Program-made: the position numbers and the translations under genes
Source of the DNA: Balanoglossus misakiensis
Taxonomy: Eukaryota > Animalia > Hemichordata
Assembly: GCA_040954595.2 (NCBI GenBank)
Contig: CM082578.2
Coordinates: 9,037,519-9,101,518 of the forward strand
Direction: 5' to 3'
Length of the DNA: 64,000 nt
The notes under the pieces: generated by a model
The model's input: the letters and a program-made list of their open reading frames with translations, nothing else
Told to the model about the DNA's origin: nothing
Database searches by the model: none
Shown here: positions 39,501-53,300 of the stretch, piece by piece
How the letters are laid out: each line of letters opens with the position of its first letter
Numbering within the stretch: position 1 is the first letter of the stretch

Positions 39501-41550
39501 TATTTACTAACCCGTAGACCGGACTGCGTGATCGTCTCCACGCACACAAAGTCCGACACCACGATCGCCACTAGGTACGTGGACATAACGGGACTCGTCT
39601 CGAAGGAGGCGGTGTTCCAATCTCCGGCGGTGACGTTTTTCAGGCTCGGCATGTTCGACAAAGCCCACCGCCTGACGCGGTGTTTCACGCTGACATCAAA
39701 CGTGGCCTTGAAAGACGGTTCGTCGAAAGAAGGGAAGACCCTACGGGCGTGCGTCAGCTCGAGTTGGGTGGATGCAATATACCTGCAGGTAAATCAGATG
39801 TTAGTGGCGGAGATAGATTTACGAGTTAAAGCCTATAGAGCTACCAAATTCCAAATATATTTTCCACAATGAAATACTTCAACTCTTTTCCCTATCCTTC
39901 AGAATCATCACCATTAAGCCATATTACTTGTATTTGCATCAGTTTGCATCTCTTGGCGACGCATACCATGATACCATTGTTTGTAGGAAGCTGATTAAAT
40001 TGGTGCGGCACCTGTTTAATACATAGCGTGTTTCAAATTGCAACATACATCCACAATTGGGCATCGATATGATGTTGATGTATACCTGTCAGTAAGCATA
40101 TTTAGATGTACCAATCTAATTTGGAAAATAAAATCATGAAAATAATGGAAGAAGTGGCAGCTCTGGAGGCTTTAACGGCACACAACAAGGCAGAAGTGAT
40201 CAGAGATAGATTTTTGTAGAAGTTAAGGCTACTCACGGAAAATACCTTCACAATAATGTCAACTCGTATATGTCACCTAGGGCTGCACACGAATGAATAA
40301 GTCAAGGCCAGATAGCTTCGGAACACAAAACGCCATCCCCTACGCCTACTTCTTCCATTATAAAAAGAAAGCAATTTCCCCCGACGGTTCGAGTTTCTGC
40401 ATTCCTCAAACTCAAGTAACTGACTTTTGGCCTCCGCGAGTAATCGACCAAAAGTTCGCGCGAGAATCCCAGACCGCCTCGTATACACTGCATTCTCATC
40501 ATTTACATAACTGTTGATCTCACGCGGTGACTGAGGTAGATGGAATTTTTTCATACGGCGGCAGGGGCACGCGGCATTGGATTCAATCCCCCAAGAGGTC
40601 ATATCGGTGTATTTCCCCGCACGATCTATAAACTAATTCAATTTTCTGTCGACCTATTCGTTCCTGCGGGGGCTGTGAAGATGAGACACGTCACTGGTCT
40701 ATAGGAACTGAAAACAAAGCCGATGTCTTTCTCTTGGTTCAGGTTCCCGCCTCGTTTCGACGTGACATAGTTAAAAGGACACGCTAACTCACCGGAATGG
40801 GGGTTCTTTCAAAAGAAGTTTTTCATTGTATCGGGCTGCATACAACAGACACTAGCTAGATCTCGCCGCCAAAAAAAAAAAAAAAAACACCTACCTGATA
40901 TCTTCACCAGCCTGGTAGGTGCCAACGTAGAAACCGTACGCGTCCGAGTGATTCAGTACTCCCACGTAGTCCATAGAGATGTGGTAGTTATTCCCGGCTT
41001 GCAGTCTCTCCTCGGTGTTAATGATGAAGAAATCGTACAGTTCATCAGTACCTATGTCCCTGACGCCGATGACGTTCCCGCTGTCGATTTCTTCTACCGT
41101 CACACTGTCCTCGTCAATATCCAATTTCAACGCGTGCAAAATTATGGAGTCGGTCGCCTCCGTGCAGTTCACCGATATTCTCACTCTGCCGTCGAAAAAG
41201 AAGCGCCTGTCGCCGTCTTCTTCGTCCAAGTACGGGGTTACCGTCACTCGGTAGTTGCTCGGTTTCAGGTTGTCTGGCAGCCTTCCCTCGAACGGTCTCC
41301 GTTCTTGCTGCGCCTGGGGAGCCGGGAGGTCTCTCCAGCGCGGCTGTGCCGGCATCGACCCGGGGTGTAAGAAGTACACCAGTAACACGACGACGACAAA
41401 GGTGATGAGAGTGACGGCCAGGGCGATGCACAGCGTTTGGTATCTCACGAAAATCCCCCTTCCGCCCGGCGTCTTCTTCTCCGGATGGTAGACCACGGCG
41501 CCGCCGTCTTCCATTTCGCCTTTCACCATCTCCATGTCGCCCTTCGCCAT
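31832..41550 (-). CDS. Aminopeptidase N-like (M1 zinc metallopeptidase, type II membrane) paralogue C, complete, 15 exons, about 990 aa
   Basis: Exons (total 2973 nt, phases consistent): 41550-40895, 39782-39512, 39054-38934, 37919-37765, 37461-37348, 37150-37010, 36673-36542, 35513-35353, 35197-35100, 34162-33822, 33616-33540, 33323-33213, 32946-32578, 32271-32199, 31984-31832. Motifs: TM anchor, [40 protein letters not shown]|WYGN...[14 protein letters not shown], and NIRWMERN. Confidence 0.93.
32068..32206. repeat. Tandem duplication (~65-74 bp x2) containing an exon end and 5' splice site
   Basis: CTTAGG(T/C)AGACAGTCTTTTTT...CTGCAAGA..CTCTGTTGT...TCTTACCTCGTCTA occurs at 32068-32132 and 32133-32206. 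Confidence 0.75.
32372..32551. repeat. Compound microsatellite (CAA)n-(CGA)n-(CAGT)n-(CACT)n
   Basis: Intronic in peptidase C. It explains the spurious polyQ and polyL ORFs. Confidence 0.95.
34365..34440 (+). repeat. tRNA-derived SINE-like fragment
   Basis: B-box-like GGTTCGAGTCCC inside a CGCAGGG...CCCCTGCG stem, followed by TTTT. No full cloverleaf. Confidence 0.3.
36475..36522. repeat. (CAA)n microsatellite
   Basis: Perfect trinucleotide run next to the donor of exon 7 of peptidase C. Confidence 0.95.
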
Positions 41551-44307
41551 ATTGTCAGAGAGGTCTATGCTTGGGTGTAACCGCTCGGCTGGTGCCGACT
41601 CATCCCTTGGCCAATTACACTACTTGCCGCGACCCTTGCAAGCCCCTCTTTCAAACCGGCGGCGAATGCACAATCACCGTATGAATGGCGCGCTTTATTT
41701 CTGGAGTCGCTTCCAGTGGTCTCCGGTCTATATCGGAGAGGTCGCGATCTCTGATTTACAATCGCCAATGCGATTGCTTTTATGGACGTCAATTGCAGTA
41801 ATTTGTCACTATCGGGGTTCAACAAGGCACGCGTCTTTTCAACAGCAGACGGCGCCCTTGCATTAGTTGTGTGCGTTCTGCTTCTCACACACCGTCCCAC
41901 TGAATGCGTTGACAGTCTGGCAGATCTATTTTGATTGTTTGATTTGCATGTTTGTTTGTTGTTGAATAATTTAAAAATTTGAACTGAATTTTCAAGTGGG
42001 TTATTCTGTACAGACGTCGACGAGAGCGTGCTACGGGTACTGTTTGATTTACGTGTACGTGGTTATGCGTCTCAACGAGCTACATAATATCAATTCATAA
42101 ACATAGGATGCTTTTGGTATAGGCAATGCGTATTTGGTTCTCCTCCTAGGGGCTTTCAGTTTACATGTAGATGTTTCCCAGATGTTGCTTGCCATGCTTA
42201 CTCTACATCTGTGATAAACTAACAAAAGTGTGCGTATTTTCTCCGGAAGATTGCCTTTATGTTCACCATACTTCAATGAGCCGAATTGGCCGTGGCGTTC
42301 ACGGATCAGTAAACCGACAAAATGTATCGTTAAACTTCTGGTACAGATTTGTGCACCGTTATACTAACGATTTTCAATTTGTTTCATGAAAGAGTCATGT
42401 CCTTCGCAAACTGAAACTCGAGTGAAACCCATTTCTTCGATGGATTACAATTTTAAAAGACAAATAATTGCAAAGATCTGGCAGGATTGAATCCAAATAG
42501 TACACGAGACACGGACAATGGTGACCCTGGTGAATGAAAATCTTTTATTTGGCTCTAAATGGGTTAAATTACTGCTGGTAGTGGACAGTAAACTTTCTCG
42601 ACTTTAACACTTTATCGGGAACTATCTATGATTGGGTACTTGCCCCACATACAGTATCTCCCGGAATTTGAAATTGACGCTTACTAAAAGAAGTTCGACC
42701 TTGACGTTATCTAATACGAGGACGAGTTCACGAGCCGTGAAATCATGGGCTATTTTGGTTTAAATGATACTCATTTATTTACTCACTTTAACATACAATA
42801 TAATGATGAAACCACACTCCAAACACTGGCGGCGCTCTCACTTTTAAATTTCAAGTTTATCGAACCTCCTTTCCGATATACTTAAAACGGTAACCCTTAG
42901 GATTGTGGTCGCATGGTCTTTTGTTGCTTATAGTACGCGGTTGGATCTGACTATTTTACTTTAAGGATGACCTTCTGGTATATTCTCGTGCCATCGTGTA
43001 CTCTCCACAAACAGTCGTTAATAACTTCACAACTTCAACCATATGCGTTCACGTAAAAGGACCAGGCAGTAATTCATCGAAATGGCCTCGTGTACAAGAT
43101 TGTTAATCAACTGAAAGTCTGTAAAACATCCAGTGCACAACCACGCCGCAGAGATATATATCACGTATCTTATCACCTTTCGCACAGAAGCTCTTCAGTG
43201 TATCATACGTGTATGTCACACACATTGAAGCCTTTGCCTTTTCTTTCGGGGCTGCTGGGTTGGTGTTTTCTCTTCAGTGGTGTTTCAATGCCCTTACGTT
43301 CGTAGTTTCACTAACACTTCTTCGTTATTGAGAATTTTCACTTAACACACAGAGAAAATTCCAAGTGGCTTCTAAGAATTGAGAATAATTATGACCAAAA
43401 TTCGGAAAATATTCTCTTGTTTTTGTTTGGTTGTTTGTGGGTTAGCCTAATTGTAAGTTAAAATGAAAAAATCCACCAACCCAATATGTACCTCCTCGAC
43501 GAATCGGAAAGATTATACTGTTTTGCAAGTTAGTTTGCATCACCGACTCGTCTCCAGGCTAACATGAACTTTGACTTCCAGCACACATGCACACACCCAG
43601 TAATAACAGCAACACGCACTCTTTCCAGCTAACAACAGCGAACTCTGATCGCACTGTGCGAACCGAGATCTGTAAAACAACACACATCTGGCATACTGGA
43701 TTTACGACTCGTGATAACGCCATGTTTTGAAAATGAAAAATTTTAATGGTGCCTAAAATCGTTCGGCATAAACCTCGAACTTGAGATGAAAATTGATTCA
43801 ATGACCGAAAGTGCGACCAACAAATTTAATTAGGGAAACTGAAGTCGCCGCAATTAAAAAAAAATCCGGGATCCCATGAACGAAATGTCATAAATGACGA
43901 TCCCTGACCGGAAGAAAAACAATGAAAGTAAAGCCTCCAAAATTAGAGACATTGTCAGTAACAACAGCAATGGTCATAACACCTCGACATTTCGCCACGA
44001 TCAAAATGTAAACCACTGAGTTTCAAGACTTGCACAAACACGCGATGCAACATGAAATATGTACTAGTAACTTCGAGTACGTAAATTCCTAAAGTGCTGA
44101 GTGGGAACGATGGTGGCGTAGCACATACATTGTGAGCATCCGTTGCCAGAGTCGTTAAATTGGAACAGGCATATAGGGGCATTTCATTTATTATGGGAGG
44201 GTATATGCCTGGGAAAATCGGAGTTTGATGTCAACTCAACGATTGCCGAGATTAAAATTCAAGTTGGAAATCGTAGTTGTCTTCGTCAAGACGAATCGTC
44301 TCCCTCT

Positions 44308-47300
44308 TCACGGTACCAGTTCTAGAGAATGGGCGTTGCCCTCGTCGTCGCCAACAACAAATCTGAGCGTCGGGTTAACAGATGCTGGCCTCGTTCCCAC
44401 CGTCTTGGTATTGGTCCTCGTTGGAGTAAAGAATAAGCCAACGTCTACTATTTCGCCAAGAAAGGGGTGCTGTGTCGATGAACCTGTACACGGAATCAAA
44501 TGAGAAACTCATTTACGGACTGTGCACTACATACAAACCAATACTCCACTCCACACCACACCACAAAACACAAGACAAGACAAGACAACACAACACAATA
44601 TACAACAATACTTTCTTCAGTGCTAAATGAGTTACTGTCGTGATATTATTTCATATATTTGTGATAAGTCTCACGTTAAATTCATGATATCGCTATCTCA
44701 ACTTTCCTTAAATATGCAACAGGTTGTGGTGATATTAATTTAGTAATTGTATTTCTGATAATATGACCGTGTCTTAATTGTTTGATCCCTATTTTTCCAA
44801 ATTCTACCTCTAACCTCGATTATAAAATATAGTCGGTACCAGGTTCTCTGACTTTTCCTCTGCGGCTCGGTTGCTTTCTGGGGGCCTGGATCCCTGTGTC
44901 AGCCGTCCACTGTCTTCTCACCGCCGATTTCTTCAACATCTGCTTCCTTCCGTTCAGGTCGTCGTCGAGAAAAATCTCACAGACGTGAACCGCGTCCTTC
45001 CCGGCACACAGCATGTATCTGGCGTCGGTGGTCATGGCAACGCTGGTAATCACCCCGTTGTAGTAAGGCAGGTATTCTGCCACGATCAGCTGTTGAACTA
45101 CATCCCACAACTGCGTATAAAAAGTCAAGGTGGTTAGTAAACGGAAGCATCAATTCAATGGATACGGTATTATGTCTGATCGTCAGAGGTGTCTGGTTTA
45201 TATAGGTTCTTTTAACATGTGGCTCTATGTGAGAGGGACTGGAAATGGTGTTCGGAATAGACAGGGTTCCAGATGAGACAGGCTTTGGTTTAAACAGATT
45301 TTCACCGCATATTATTGCCGTCTACTTTATGTACTATATGTGCTCACTCACCTGAACGACAGGTCCCGCTTTGCCTTTCGGATCAGAAACCGAAGCGAAG
45401 GTGAAGCCGCCGTTGACAGCAAACATGTTCGCGGATTGCGGTATACACAACTCATGGATGAATTCTCCCTCGTCGGCGTCGAGGAACAGCAGTCTCGTTT
45501 CTTTGCCCAGCTCGTCGAGTCCGAAGCACGCCAACGTGGAACCGTCCTCCGTCACCTTCAGCTGGCTGCCGTCGTCGCCGATCATCTTGCTGAACTCGTA
45601 CGCCATCTTGTTGGTCTGCAGGTGGAAGATGCGCACGAAGCCGTTGTCGGTGTTGGTGGCGTGGGTGTCCTTGCCCAGACAGCACACGGTGTTGTTGTTG
45701 CTGCCGAACACGGCGGACAGAAGCGAGCCCTGGAAGAAGTCTGTGATCTCGGCGGAAAGTTTGCCAGTTGCAACGTCGCAGATCTTCGCGGTGTTGTTCA
45801 AGGCCAATTGTGACATAAAGCAGAAGAAAAGAACGACACTTTACAGTTCTGCTGAATAACCCTTGCGCATTTATCGTTGCAGTTTTTTTGTTTTTACAAA
45901 AATGAATGGTTCGCATACAGATACGATCTGAGCCGAGAGCAAAAAAAGGTGCCCGGACTGTGAACTGTATAGTAGAGTGCAGTACAGGTGTTACAATAGT
46001 TATATTCTCGAAGTCACCCTCCTACTCTCGGCTTGTTCTTTCCTACGTGATCACTTTCAACATGGACCACAAAAGTAATTCTCAGTGACACCAATTGGCA
46101 CGTGCCTTACTTACCTGTGCTCCGCTTCTCCCAGAAACAATCAGACTGTCCCCGCTGCTAGAGAATTTGCAGTCACAAGGACCGGCCACGTTCAGCTTCA
46201 GGAAGTGTAGCGCTTCGGTGACGTCACTGTTATATATTTTCAGTAGGTTGGACATTTCGTGGACTACTGCTATCAGCTTACCGCTGGGGCTGCAAAGTTG
46301 AAGGATGCATCATAATTGAAAAAAGTAGAAAATTTGCCAAATGTTCAGATTGTTATTGATGATTGTTCATAAAAACATAATTTACTCGAGTCTTGAGTGC
46401 ATAGAGCTACATGTACATGTATATTGACACAAGTTCTCACCTGAACGTAGCGTACGTAACTGGATCGGACGAATTCGGTGATTGGTCTTCGACGATAGCA
46501 CTCCAAAGATGCGCCAGCCCCCTCTCCACGAGAACGCAGACGAAAGGTCCCTGCCAACTGCAACAGAAATCCTTGACGACGTCCCCGGAGGGGATGCAAG
46601 TAGTTGCTAGAAGTTCAACGCTGTTGACGTCCCACATCTTGACCACCCCTTTCTCGCAGCAGGTGAACAGCACGTTGTCCAAGTTGTAGTGGTAGTGAGC
46701 GCCCAGAAGTCTCGACGTCTCGCTGTGGCGGACGGTGCCGACCAGTTGCCCCATCTGCTGCCTGGCCACGCTGTATATCCGCACGAGTCCCCTGCAGCAG
46801 GTCACGCCCAGCTTGGAGGAATCGCAACTGAACGTCAACGCGTTGAAACACCCGTCGGACTTGTCCGCCTTGTTCGGCGGAGTTTCCAACAGAGCGCCAT
46901 CACAGTTCACTCCGCAGAGGCACTGTTGGCTTTCCAGGTCCCAGACTCGGAGAACGTTCTGGTCGCACACCGAAGCGAGTAACTCCGAATTTGGCGAAGT
47001 TGCCAGGGAGGTTATGTTCCCATAATGGGGATAGCATCCTTCTTCTGCCTCGCTGCTATACAGGTGTTCGCTCCTGAATTTGAGAAGCGAGATGAATAGG
47101 ATAAGTGAAGTGCAACCTCGACAGTCGCCAGCTGTTTGACATACCGATGATTTGGTGCTACTGGTGAACGTACTGGTGCAATCCATAGAATTCTCTTATA
47201 TATTTTTTTCAAAATATAATATCATATAATATGAATTAAAAAATGATATATGATTTTCATATGAACTAACTGTTTGTGAAATCTTACACACACCGTTCTG

Positions 47301-50300
47301 TGTTCAAGTCCCACACGGAGAGCGCCCGGCAACCTGTTCGCTTGGCGCTGTTGTACGCCGCAACAACCAGTTGATCGTTGCCGCTGAATGTCACGTGGTC
47401 TATGCAGGCTCCCTGGATCATGGGCGTGTCATCCCTCAGCTCTTTGAGAACTCTCCCTGGGGAAATACATGGTTTGGCGATTAATACTGAGCATTTAACG
47501 AGCACGCAGAAATGACCCCATGTAAGTGCTTGTATTTCGCACATGTACACCCAGGACCAATATTCATTACTATCACAATGATCAGTTAATAGACTGTCAA
47601 ACTGGCACACACGTATATCATATTTCGCACGTCACGTTTCTCTACGTATGCGCAGGTGGTTTCTGGGTAATAGTCTATAAGCGGATGACAAGTTTTCTAG
47701 CTGACTTGTGTTTTTTCACTGCTGACTTGTGTTCTCACCTCGTTTACTGTCGAGCAAACGTAGAATAGAGCTACTCGTTCCTATGGCAATTCTCGTTCCA
47801 TCCCGCGAGAAACTGAGCGACTTGATTGTGTCCTTCTCGGTGCCGTAAGTGAAGTACTGGTTACCGCTGCTCGTGCTTGTACACTGTGAAGAAACGATAC
47901 ATTCTACAGTTTCGCCATGCCCAAGTACGCGCCAATACGATAATCATGCAGCGGCGCTGTGAACGCAAATGACATGATGAAACTTTCTCGTCCCATTCAT
48001 CATATCCTCTGCTTCAGATGGGTCCCTAGGATCTTTTTGCTCGTTGCTATGGGCCTTTATAGGACACTACACTCAATTTTGATCGAAACCGTTATGAACG
48101 TCCGACAAGGGGCTTGTAACTAGTTAAAAATACACACGATTGTGTGCACACCCCCTGTCTGAGTATGTTTACGGCAGCTACCGCCCGGCCATAGGCCGCC
48201 ACGCTAATACGGCAAAGCAGCGGTCAGCGATAGCGTGCGCGTCCTGTAACCACAGTAACTGGATCGAACGCTAAAAATCCAATGTTTTGTACACAGAGAT
48301 TTTGTACCGTTCACGAAAATCCCTAAGGCTTTTTTCACAGGCGACGTAGGCCAGCCAAATTTGACCTGCTTGTTGTGAACGCACTTCCGCATAGTGTGAC
48401 GGATCGTTTTTTCGGTTTTCGTCGTGCTAAGAAGCGATACCAGTGGAAGAGTGCGTCCAAAAACACCCAAAATCGATGACTTTTTCAGGTGTGGTACGGG
48501 TATGCTGAAATCGTAGGATACAACGATAATATTCGAAAACAAAATCCGTCACGATCTTCCCTGGTTCAAGCAACTAATGAATACGTATCAAGTTCGTTTT
48601 TGAGGTCACGGAATAAAAAGCCTTAGGCTTTTGAAATTTGACCTAACTAATTTGCATATCAATGGCGTCAGGGGGCGCGCGCTCACAATCGTGCGTATTT
48701 TTAACTAGTTACCAGCCCCTTGTTAGACTCTGAAAACGGCTTAGTCCAAATCGGGGTGTAATGTCCTATAAAGGCCCATAGCAACGGGCAAAAAGATCCT
48801 AGGGACCCATCTTCACCCATGAAAAGAACTCATATTCTCTACCTTTATGACAGACTTTCCCTTCTCTTGCCCGACACCGGCGAGTTTCTGGCCGCACGGC
48901 GACAAACTAATCTTGGTGACGGGAGCGCATCTCATGTTCAGATGAACTGCCCGTATCTGAGACTTCTCGCAGTTGTGGATCTTCTCTTTATTCAGCAGCT
49001 TCAGCCAGGGTTGGTTCGACTTCGGCTTTTGGTGACTTTTCTTCTCCAGTATTTGTCCGACCCACCGACAGGGCGCCGAGTCCGCCGGGTAGTTTGCCGC
49101 TTGCTGGGTCAGCAGTGATGGCTCCCGTCGAAGAATATGGCCGTCTGTGTGAGCAGAAGTGAAACGAAATATTTCATTGTTGACAATGAATATAATGTAT
49201 ACCAATAAATTTTAAAGAGCTGAATGAAAATTTCGTTGGACATAGCAGTGACACGGGAAGAACTAGGGCTATTGTCGTCAAGTCCTTTGTCGACCTGGAG
49301 CCTACGGCTGCGCATGCTCAACTGTGCCGGTGTCCTAGATATGCAGATTCAATGCAGTGGAGCACTAATGGTCATCACCATGGGAATCAGTGTTTTTCTT
49401 CAATTCTGCCGTGTATTGAAAGTTTCAGAAAACAAAATCGTCACGATCTCGTCGTGATGGGCGGAACTGCGGTGTTCCCACGAAACAGAAGCAGATAATT
49501 TCTCGAACGTGAGCCGCTTCTTTTTAGCCGGCAGCTGTGAGAGGATCTTGCATGCGCCCGCCCAACAAAAGCCCCCGCTGGATTTCTTCAGAAATCATTC
49601 TCTCCTCAATAAAACGGAGGAAAAAAACGGCGACTCTGACATACGCGCAAGTAGCTAGAGAACAGCGGGGCCAAGCATGATGATTTTTTTTATAAATTGT
49701 TGCGCTTGTAATTTTGAAGCTATTATCCCGGAATTCGTGATCGCGGGAACTAGATAAGAATGCCTCATAAGAGTAATAATTCCAATTAGTTTACGCGACA
49801 AAGGTATTTATTTGACTCTTTTGCCGTATTCCAGATAAGCGCCGTTCCAATTTGCTTGGCGAGTACGTGCCATAAGCGCAACACATTGTCAGCTTTTCAC
49901 ATCAAAGTCAGCTTATTTCGACAATCCCAAATGCATGACTTCAAGGAATCTTTAATGGCCACACGTTGCAACTTCCAGCTCTTGGTGTATATAGCAACGG
50001 TTCTGCATATCGTTGCAAAACAACTTGTATGACTTCAGACACATACATGCATATTTACGCCGCTTTTGATAAATTAGCATGCCAAGTAGCTGTTGTTTTA
50101 CATCAGAATATGCATGCCGGGTATAACAGCATAAAATTATGGAAATCGCACGCGTGATATTGTCCTTTTCTTTTTACAAATTATCAAGCTGCTCATCGCT
50201 CGTTCGCGTTCAACAATGTTGTTGGTTTATTGAAGTTGACATGTGAAAGCCGGTTTAGCTCAGCCTCGTGGAGCGAGATAATCTGCACGCAATTATTATC

Positions 50301-53300
50301 GGCAGTGAAGAAACCCAGTGAGACTAGACCGAATAATTTTCTCCAATCACTAACTAATTTTTCACTGCGCTGCACTGCATGAGCAATCTTCGGATTTAAT
50401 CACGACGATTCCAGGAAGACGTATAGCTGTTGTTGGGCCTTCATAGCATTCGATGCTGAGTGGGTAGTTTGGCTATGGTTTCAATGGGATATGCGTGACT
50501 CTATTTGCGGATTTCTATCAAGATTGGGGTTAGGAAAGTTAGCTAGCTGTGATGACGTCTTTCCAGCCAGTGGAGGTACTGCGAATGTGTGTTATACTGT
50601 AATGAAGGGATACACGACCAAATGCAGAGCAATGGTAGAAGAATGAACCCTCTAAAATGCAATGATGTAGGCCTTGCTACAGATCAAGTGTATACCCGAC
50701 TGCAGCAGGGATTATGGCTGTTATATTATATCAAAATTAATTCTATGGCATATCAGTGTCATTTTCTTAACGAAAGAGCGACAGAAAAATTAACACTGCT
50801 ATATTTATACAGTTATTTAGACCAGTGTGTGATGACAAAGAAAATTAACGAAACTTTACCTCTGGAAATTAAATATTTAAATTCAAGAAGTGTCGTTGGA
50901 TCAAAGTCGTTATCGATTGCCATGTTGCACGCTTTAACCAGCAAAGTCTTCAAGACATCAACCTGTCCAGTGGCGCACATTGCCTGAAAAAAGCACCAGA
51001 GCAAAACGCATCATTTGCCGTGTGTGATTCGTGCAATCGTTAAGCAGCAATACAAAATTCTGGGCACGTCCACTCGGTTTTGGTTATGAGAGACGCAAGA
51101 CCTCCATAAGGTGAAACTGTGACCTTAGATCCACATGATATTTTTATTGCGGTCGAGACACTCGACTCTAAGCGATCTGAATCAACTAGGAACGATGTGC
51201 ATCGTCAGAAGGAATTACCTGGATGAACGTGAAATCGCACAGGATTTCTTCTAAAGCCTGCCAGTCACGTGATTTCATCAAGGCCCACGGAAGTTCCATC
51301 AGCGTTCGCTGATTGTAAACGATTCGTCTTATTATCGTGTCGTCGCGGTCATTCGGCTCTTAGATGAAGAAAAAAAACAATCAAGGGTGGGTACTTGGAT
51401 ACACACTTAGACATATACGACCGAAAGATAACAATCACACGCTATTTGTCACAGTAAAATGGCATGACTGTGTTTTATGAACGCGTTTTAGTACCTTTTC
51501 ACTTCCGTGATACAGTTCAAACATTGATTTTTTTAAAACACATACAATACAATAACATAGTGTCTATTCGCCAGTTTAAGTCCAGACATTTTGAAAGCGG
51601 CACCGTAAACTGCGGCAGCCAGGACAACTTTTGCATTCAAGTTTACTTTGGGTTTGTTTACTGTCCAATTTAAGTCTTCCCGTGGCTTGATTGAGCGAAG
51701 TATTAACTATCTTTAGTTTTAATTAGTAGTTATTATATCCTACCAGGTGTTAGTACGATTGGCTGGCAGCTGATTCCCGGGTCTCGGTTGGGATTCTTCT
51801 GGTGCCTCTGAGCCGATCTCCTTCCAAGAGTCCCGTCAAAGTATCTCGCCAGATGTGTGTAAATTGTCATGTACGTGTCTTCCGACGCAAGAAACCTAAA
51901 ACCGGGAAAATTAATATTAGCGACAGACAAACTACTTTAACTACGCCCCCAAACACCTTTGTGGTTGAATACGTTTCTTATAACTATGATATGTTTATAT
52001 TGGGAGAAAATAAACTAGGAAATCTTAAATGGATGGAATAGCTTGCTGTCAGCTTAATTTACAATATACATCGTAGCATCATCAGATATACATATTGTTT
52101 TGTCCTCTCCCATGGCAAAGCTTTTGGTGACAATTTCCAGATGTGTCTTTTGGGAGAATTTACCACTACTATATAAATAGTCACCCGAGAGTATAAACGA
52201 AGAAGACTTTTATTGGTTCCAATCACTCGGGATTTATAGAAGCGTACTACCTTCATACCGAAAATCAGCGCAGTCGCAGTAACGGGACAATGCCGGGTAA
52301 TGGTAAACCCAGAATGGCTGACTCATTGCTTTAAATCGTGAGTTGTTCGCCGTGTGCAGGAAAATAAAGACGACCGAGAGACATCACCAAGAGCGGCGCG
52401 GAGTTCAGACAGATCCGACTGTACACAGTTCAACAGAGCGAGAACGCCGTTTTGCAAAGCTGATTACGAGGGCTGTTTGCTGTTTGCCGCCTGCACGACA
52501 AGGACAGCGAAATGTTGAATTCTTCTCCCGCTTTCACGGAACACGTGACTCTACCGTGATAATAGGTCGGCTCTGGTGGAAATTAAGCGCAGGCTTGCTT
52601 CCCTCTCTTGTCAGGGGAAAGTACGACGCACTGCACTCATCTGTTTGGGAGCTGCTTACAAAGCGTAAAATCCCATCACGTGTTTACACGCGCGGCAAAC
52701 ACAGACATGATTTCCTTTCTTCCGTAACTTTTCCGGTTGACTTTTCATTCGTCTTGCAAAGTCGAGCCAATTACGACCCCTTTTCCGTTTTCCACCTCTG
52801 AAACTCGGGATGAAGAGGTGACTAATTGGGGACTGAATCGATGATAAAGTCAGCAGAGGGAAGGATTGGGAACACAGTCAAATCTGTTCTTACCTTTCTC
52901 TAGCCTTGTCAAGAAAAATATCATGTGACCACTGCCATGTGATAGTACCGTCGCCTAATGACGTGTCGTGGATGTACGGTTCCAGGATATTTCGTAGTTC
53001 TACCCAGAAACCAGTGGGCCATCTGCAAAAAAAGTGTTTGTGGACAGGATGTTAACAACGAAAGAGATGAGAAAACCCAACTTCACGACATACTACTTCT
53101 AAACTAATATTAAATTGATAGGAAAGCTTATTACCAACGGTGTGCATATAAACACGTAGGCCCCATACCCGGAGGAACATGTAGGACTTTTTATTCGGGG
53201 TACTTCAATAAATTTTAGAGGGGTGTGCAGCCCCTACGGCTCAGATTCTATTCCTGGCCCCGCTTCTAAGCCAATGTCTGATAATTTATTGACTCGGTTC

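Noticed and set aside
51030-51042. 13-bp inverted match to the hairpin of the 640-bp element
   Set aside because: Too short and without flanking similarity; plausibly chance.
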